This document shows positions 38,370 through 64,000 of a stretch of 64,000 nt of DNA, in pieces. The notes under the pieces are model-generated. The model saw only the letters and a list, made by a program, of their open reading frames with translations, did no database searches and was not told the DNA's origin. The DNA comes from Amoebidium appalachense (Eukaryota; Protista; Ichthyosporea): the NCBI GenBank assembly GCA_963693365.1, contig CAVNZM010000005.1:1922001-1986000 (forward strand), read 5' to 3'. Each line of letters opens with the position of its first letter. Within the stretch, counting starts at the first letter, position 1. The translations under genes and the position numbers were made by a program.

Positions 38370-41257
38370 AGTAGTCCCACACTAGTGTTAGGAGACTTTA
38401 ATAGCCCGCTAATTACCACCCCACACCCCCTACACGGCCACCCACAGGCCCTACTTAAACCCAACCACCCACGCACGCCAACCTTTCACACTTTTGTTAC
38501 AGCCTTACGCCTTACTCTTCCATCTGTAGTACAAGAACACCGCACGGACTGGGGGGCAGCCTCTGGTCCTTCCACCTTACACATACACCACAACCTACAC
38601 CCCCCACCGTCAGACCACCTACCTATAGTCTTTCGCACTACACTTAGCCTTTCTACGCCGTCACCACAACACACTTACAGACTTAACGTACGCGAACTTA
38701 AAAGCCAGCGCGGCCAAGCAGACACTCGCTTCTTTTTCCAGACGGTGCAACCGAGTCTATTATCGCTTGTGCGTGATGGACGCCAAACCCCGCTACGCAC
38801 CGACCAGACCTTCATCGATAGCGTCTGGTCTACTGTAACAGTACGAGAAACCTTGTGGGACATACTATGTGAATATGCCTGTTTAGGTGCCCAAGTTTAC
38901 CCACAAGCACGAACTACACACACTCGCGGCCCTCGAGCGGAGGCTGCCTTACGTAAGCCTCTACCGTATCACATGCTATTGGGTAATATTCGGAAGATTG
39001 ATCGCGGCGATCATTCGATTCGAATAACGGCCGACCCGTCATCCGACCCGGAATCTGCAACCAATTCCTTTTACGGCACCCTGTTTAAACGTAACCCGAC
39101 ATGTACTACCGGCCACGGACCTGGGGCAGGCGCCACCTCCTGTTTTTGTTCCACCCTCTGACACACCACCACCACCACACACGGCGTGGCCAGCGGGGCC
39201 GGCTGAGTTTGGGGCTGAATTGGGGGAACTTTTTACCCCAGATGCGGTATAATGGCAGTTAGTCTCCCGTTACCCGTCCCGCAAAGCGTGCGGGCCGGAC
39301 GGCATCCCTATGGCACTACTTAAGGTACTCATCCCCGACCCCGACCCGAGAAAGACGAAAAGCGTGGCCCACCGCCACCACTTACATGTATTCTTAGCGA
39401 GTTGTTTAGCTGGTATTCTGATGTCGGTAAAGTGCCCTCGGAGTGGCTAGCCACCTTAGTGTTTCCCATCAAGAAAACGGTTGCACAGGGTCCCATCCAC
39501 GAATTTCGCCCTATCACCCTTACGTCCGTTTTTCGCCGATTATTCGAAAGTGGCCTTTTACAGGCCTTTTCCCGTAACCCCACCCTTAAGCAGGCTTCCC
39601 AGCTGAGCCCTCTTCAGGCGGCGTTTCGGCATCGACACTCATGTTACGCACAAATCCTCACTCTACATAATGCAACTCAAAGTGATACCGAGCACCTCCG
39701 AGGTATTTATCGATTTTAAGAACGCGTACGACACGGTCGACCTCCCTCGCCTGTGGGCCAAGTTGGCCACTCGCGGTGTCCCATTCCAAATGGGTCGGCT
39801 ACTGGAAGCTATGTTTACGTGTACACGCGGACGAGCGGTGGTTATTGGGCGGCTATCCCCAGGGTTCACCCGCACGCGCCCCGGGGGTACTTCAAGGGTC
39901 CCTACTAAGTCCTCTTCTTTTCAACCTGTATATTGATGATTTAGCCGACACTCTTTCTGCGGCACAAATTGACGGGGGGTTGCCATCCCAGGCTCCCCCC
40001 GCCCTCTTTTTTGCCGACGATATTGTGCTTATGTCATCCGATCCTCTCGAACTACGGCAATACATTCGTGTGGTCGAACATTGGTGCCAGCGCAACGATA
40101 TGCAGATTAATGTCAAAAAGTGTGCCCTTTTATCAAAATCGATACCGGCATGGGACGACGTTTGTATTTTCGGCAGTCCCCGGGCCCTCCCTCGCCCAAT
40201 CGAATACAAGTATTTGGGGATTCCGGTGGACGAATGGGGCATATGTTTCAAACGGATGATCGACCGTCGGGTGGAGAGTGCAGGCAGGTGTCTTCGGTTA
40301 TTTCGGGATGTGTATCTTGCTTAGTACTCTTTCTCATACTGTCCACCTATACAATCGTCTTAGTATATTTCGCACATATATTCGCCCTTTGTCGGAATAC
40401 GGGTTGCCCTTACTAGCTATGGCACCCCCTGATACTGTTACTAATGTCCTCAAATCAATAGATGATTTCCATTACACAACTTGTTGTATGTTCCTCACTG
40501 GTCTTTCCACACCTACTAGTATCCCTAGACGCCTTTTTGATTCTCTCTACGCACTCACACCACCATCACAACGCGTACACGAATTAGCCCTTAAATTTCA
40601 CGAGCACATCACCCGCCTGTCCGCTTGTGCCCCGGACCACCCGCTCTTCCGGCTACACGCATCCCCGCCGGATTCGCCCCTCTACCTCTTCCCTTCCCCA
40701 TCGTCTCTGCCCATTGCCGAGCGCTATGTGGAATGGCTGGCGACCCCCCCCGGAGGTACGGCTAGATCATAGTGTGAATATGAATAGTTTCAAGTCTATG
40801 GCTGATAGATATCTTTTTGCTCTACGTGTTGAGTCCCTTCCGGTGTTAGGACCGCAAAAACACCAACTACTAGTAGCCTATATGGCGGATACGGTTAGAG
40901 AGAGTCGTTCATACATAGATTCGTTTATTCGTAATGTGGTGTGGTGTAAAAACGCAAAGATGATTATGGCTTGGCGGTGTAATCGGTTTCTGGTGTCTCC
41001 TGCTCGTATGTGTAATATGTGTGGGGGGGCGGTTTACTCGCGGCTGCATATCTATCAATAAATGCAACCTGTTAGCTAATGTATTAGAACCGGAGGTTAT
41101 TGGCGGTTTTATTCTCTTTTCTTCCTCTCTTCCTCAATATATCCGTTTTAAGATGACTATCCTAGATCACCTTATTAATGCTGCACAGTATGATATTGTG
41201 ATCCGGTGCCTTAACTTTCTTTCGGAGCTACCGATCCTAGCATCTGCTTACTCATAA
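38370..41257 (+). mobile_element. Decayed, 5'-truncated non-LTR retrotransposon (LINE ORF2: APE endonuclease, reverse transcriptase, C-terminal Cys motif)
   Basis: Motifs in order: VLGDFN and SDHLPI (APE); KACGPDGIP, FRPITLTSVFRRLFE, LQAAFR, FIDFKNAYDTVD, GVLQGSLLSPLLFNLYIDDL, FADDIVL, INVKKC, YKYLGI (RT); CNMCG..RFTRG. Broken by several frameshifts and stops (near 39160, 39250, 39700, 39880, 40322, 40770, 41025). Confidence 0.93.
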
Positions 41258-41444
41258 TATGTAATAGGGGTGTCAGAAAATCTGATACTACGATGGCGCT
41301 CATTGTTTTTTGGATTTTGTCCTGGTGCAGAGACTAGCGATCTTGCTAGCCTTGAGATCACAACCTAACCACTGCCGATGGTTGTGATGACGCCAGTAAA
41401 GGCGTGCTGGCTTTTACCCCAGCGAGAAGAGGATGAGAAAAAGA

Positions 41445-41517
41445 TGATCCCGACGGGATTTGAACCCGCGACCCCTCTATCTCCGGTCGAGTGCTCTACC
41501 AACTGAGCTACGAGATC
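41445..41517 (-). tRNA. tRNA-like cloverleaf in the 3' LTR (nominal anticodon GGA; TE-derived, probably not translationally active)
   Basis: GATCTCG TA GCTC AGTTGGTA GAGC A CTCGA CCGGAGA TAGAG GGGTC GCGGG TTCAAAT CCCGT CGGGATC A: 7-bp acceptor, intact D and T arms, canonical A and B boxes, followed by TCTTTTT. Has C33, a G30-A40 mismatch and a short variable loop. Confidence 0.8.
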
Positions 41518-41596
41518 GGTTAAGATCTCGCAGGCCACCAGCCGATCATGATCTGATTCATGCGATCGGACTGGATAACGATACCATCTTCCAACA

Positions 41597-41605
41597 TCCC
41601 CACTC
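41597..41605 (-). other. Polypurine tract of the TRIM
   Basis: GAGTGGGGA immediately 5' of the TG that starts the 3' LTR on the minus strand. Confidence 0.75.
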
Positions 41606-41659
41606 AGGACGAATCGCAGAATCAGGTTAGGGTGGACTGCCCCCTCAGTCCCCACTGAA

Positions 41660-41677
41660 CCCCTGTTCATGCTACCA
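41660..41677 (-). other. Primer-binding site of the TRIM
   Basis: TGGTAGCATGAACAGGGG directly after the 5' LTR. Its complement reads as a tRNA 3' end (..CCTGT TCATGCT A CCA) with C61 and the adjacent A58 in register. Confidence 0.8.
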
Positions 41678-41814
41678 TTTTGGATTTTGTCCTGGTGCAG
41701 AGACTAGCGATCTTGCTAGCCTTGAGATCACAACCTAACCACTGCCGATGGTTGTGATGACGCCAGTAAAGGCGTGCTGGCTTTTACCCCAGCGAGAAGA
41801 GGATGAGAAAAAGA

Positions 41815-41887
41815 TGATCCCGACGGGATTTGAACCCGCGACCCCTCTATCTCCGGTCGAGTGCTCTACCAACTGAGCTACGAGATC
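41815..41887 (-). tRNA. tRNA-like cloverleaf in the 5' LTR (identical second copy)
   Basis: Same sequence as 41445-41517, offset 370 bp. Confidence 0.8.
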
Positions 41888-43628
41888 GGTTAAGATCTCG
41901 CAGGCCACCAGCCGATCATGATCTGATTCATGCGATCGGACTGGATAACGATACCATCTTCCAACATTGTTGCCTAGCATGTACATATGTCACTGGCTGC
42001 ATTTGATTGGCTGTGCTGGAAAACGCAGTAGGCCGTCGAATGTGGCTGGGCCTCCGGCAGTGTCCACGCAATAAAAAGTGTGTAAACCCCCTAGTCCCAA
42101 ACGCCGACCGACACCGACGAACCCCCCCCCCCCATCTGCCCAGTGCGAACACCTGGTTGGTTTTTCGGCGTCGGTCATCAGATCGATGGATCGACGATCG
42201 TCGTAACGACGCCTAGTGCGACCGCACCCCATATATGGTGAAAAATATGAGCGGGCATGAACTGGCAGGAAGATACATCAAAATTGTGCGCTGGCATGAC
42301 CTGGCAGGATATTGCGCTCTAAGTTAGCGTACGATTCATGTTTTGGCATGTTTTGGCGTGTAGCCAGCTGAGCCTCCTCGAGCTCCAAAAGGCAGCTCAG
42401 TGTAGAAACGCGGCCGCGGAGGAAAAACACTCGAACACAAAATAGCGAACAGGAAACGTTACCCTTGGTAACGCGATTGGAGGGATGTTAGAAGTTACGC
42501 GAGAGGGCAGGATATGGACGTTTGCTTCAACAGTGGCACTGTTAGATCATCGCTTGAGGCCAGGCTGCATGCGCGAAGTACCTCCGCACTCGCGAACAAA
42601 AAGCCACGTTACTGCTACTGTGTATTGATCTTTGGCTTGGAAGAACGTTAACACACACCCTGTGTCAGGTATAGAACTCAGAAGATCGGATGCGCAACGC
42701 TGTAGGCTCCTGTGTCCAATTTTTTTTACCTGCTCACTCAGCACTCTAGAGCGCCGAAAAGAAGTTCTGGTGTGAAATTATTTTCTTTTGACTGGATTTA
42801 TTCGACGGAAAAAAAACTTTTCCGGAATAGCCAAGGCATCCGATCCTTGACTACCCCGGTTGAAGTTACTGTAGCTTAGAGGGCCATTGCCATAGTCCTG
42901 CACCCAGGCGAGTCCCATCAGGGCATCCGATCCCCAATGCGCTACATCCCGGGATTCGAACCAGCATAATATAATTATAATATGATCAGTGCACGGAAAT
43001 TTAAAACTCACAGGTAAGAAGTTTACTAACTTGCATAGACACTTCGTAGCTGCACTAACAAGCGGCACGCCTAGCTTTGTTGCATCGTACAAGTTGAAAG
43101 ACATCGCAGGGTTTATTCTGTTTGTGACCTTAGATAAATATCATTCTTGTTACTGCGTGGTTTCTCACGTGCACTTGAGGGCCATACTGGTTTTATTGAC
43201 GCGCTTACGGTTGCCCAGCAGGTGTAAAGCTATATTAAAAGCAAAATTGAAAGCAACATAGCAGACTGATTCGATGCCACCTTGCGCTTAATAGGGGACG
43301 TGTTTCAAGTGGCTTGGTTTATAATTCAATTCATGCTTTTTTTCGACCTTATAAACCAACTTATTTATCCCTCCGGGGGTCCCCTCCCCACCCAGCCCAT
43401 TGAGGCCTCCATGAAATAAAATGCTCAAGAGTACAACTCACAGCACTATTCCCCATTCACCCATGACCCCCCGGGGCTATAGCTCTTGCTTTGCATTTCT
43501 CAACAAAGAAAAGAATGCTGCAGATGTTTTATATCTTGGCTCATACCCATGCCCAACTTAGAGACCTTGCACAGCCTTCCCCCCCCTCCCCCCCCCCCCC
43601 CCCCCTCCTACCCCTCGATATGTGTGTG

Positions 43629-43689
<61 letters not shown>

Positions 43690-43861
43690 CGGGTTGGGAA
43701 ACTAAGACACGCACACACGTCCTGTTAATCATCAGAACCCCCCTCCCCACCCACCCCCTAATCCCCGAGGACTAAAAAAAGTAAAACTGAGCTCGAGAGA
43801 TGGAGAGCCTCGTGTATGTGTGTGTGTATGTGCGCGTGTGTGTGACACTGAATGTACACGT

Positions 43862-43917
<56 letters not shown>

Positions 43918-44043
43918 AAGAGGGTGGGCAAACATAGACATGCACACACGTCCTGTTTAACGTAAGCTTCAGGCTCCCCCCCGACAACAAAAAGAGAGAA
44001 AATAAGAGAGAGCTAGAGAGCCTAGGGGAGAGGCTCTGAAAGT

Positions 44044-44083
<40 letters not shown>

Positions 44084-44171
44084 CCGAATTCGGAGAGGGA
44101 GGGGATCCGGAAGAGGGAGAGAGAGAGAGAGCTGATGTGAGAGACAAGAGTTCAACGGGACTCGATTGCAG

Positions 44172-44208
<37 letters not shown>

Positions 44209-44801
44209 CCCCTCCCCCTCTCTCCCGAGTCGTTGGCCACAACCACCACCCCGGCCCCCCTGTGACCACCTCAAGTTGCCTTGCCCCTCAGCCGGGGCCC
44301 CTACCCCGGCGAGCAACCTTCATGCCGTAGGCATAATTCTTAGTCTGTTAGTTGTGACTGTTGTCGTCACCACACACTGCCATATATGGCAAAAGAGCCA
44401 AGGCAGGGCTACAAGAACCTTTAAATTGCCAAAGCCAATAAGATTTCTGAGAATATCCTATCTGGGGCTGACTTTGAAGGGAAGTTTAACGGCAACCTTC
44501 ATGTTTGTCCCGAGAAAATTATGTTTACCGATGTGGGATTTTAAACCCCGTTAATGAGCGCGAAAAGTGTACTGCCCCTGACCTCCTTGACGGGAGCAAA
44601 CAAGAAACGTTAACACCAAAGCCTGCTATATAGTTAGCCTAGCTGTCAGTATGTAGCGAGAGATTATACAAGACATACAAAGAAACGCGACACCACCGCG
44701 CGCGCCCCTTTCAATTATTTTTTATTTAGGCACCTGGACTTTCAGCTGCTGTTGCCATTTTCACGACGGAAGGGACATAAGTTCCACATACTATCGCAAA
44801 C

Positions 44802-63885
<19,084 letters not shown>

Positions 63886-64000
63886 GTACTATGCCCCACC
63901 CACCCACCCACCCACCCTTCTCCTGCTCCCCCTTACCCCCCCCAATTTTATCATATTGTTCCGAATAGGTTTTATGTGTTTGTGTCGTCACATGCACCTC

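Larger units (their letters stand above)
41308..41966 (-). mobile_element. Non-autonomous miniature LTR retrotransposon (TRIM) with a tRNA-derived module in each LTR
   Basis: Two 289-bp direct repeats identical by eye (41678-41966, 41308-41596). Minus-strand ends TGTTGGA...TCCAAAA form an imperfect inverted pair. The 81-bp internal region starts with a PBS and ends with a PPT. A 5-bp TSD TTGTT lies at 41303-41307 and 41967-41971. Confidence 0.9.

Noticed and set aside
41445-41887. Two genuine tRNA-Ser(GGA) genes or a CRISPR-like repeat
   Set aside because: They lack Ser identity features and sit within LTRs; two 289-bp repeats are not a CRISPR array.
42950-42965. B-box-like GGTTCGAATCC on the minus strand
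   Set aside because: No A box or cloverleaf upstream.

Overview
Intron-rich eukaryotic DNA with introns and intergenic regions full of poly-C/poly-G, (CA)n/(GT)n and (CT)n/(GA)n tracts. The style is opisthokont-like, possibly a unicellular holozoan, but the lineage cannot be proven from this window. Nearly all ORFs in the supplied track are microsatellite artefacts. By following GT-AG exons by hand I reconstruct five genes: an AlkA/Mag1-type 3-methyladenine DNA glycosylase (minus strand, 3' end not found), an AMPK-related MARK/SIK-like kinase with a UBA domain, a disordered orphan rich in RxxS motifs, an intronless orphan, and DDB1 (23 exons seen, running off the right edge). Mobile DNA comprises a decayed APE-RT LINE, two MITEs in DDB1 introns, a structured ~450-bp intronic repeat (3 copies), and the highlight: a complete, young 659-bp miniature LTR retroelement (TRIM) at 41308-41966. 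It has identical 289-bp LTRs, a PBS, a PPT and a 5-bp TSD, and each LTR carries a full tRNA cloverleaf (Pol III promoter) embedded in an array of hairpins. Exon borders and counts were done by eye and homopolymer lengths may be assembly-inflated.
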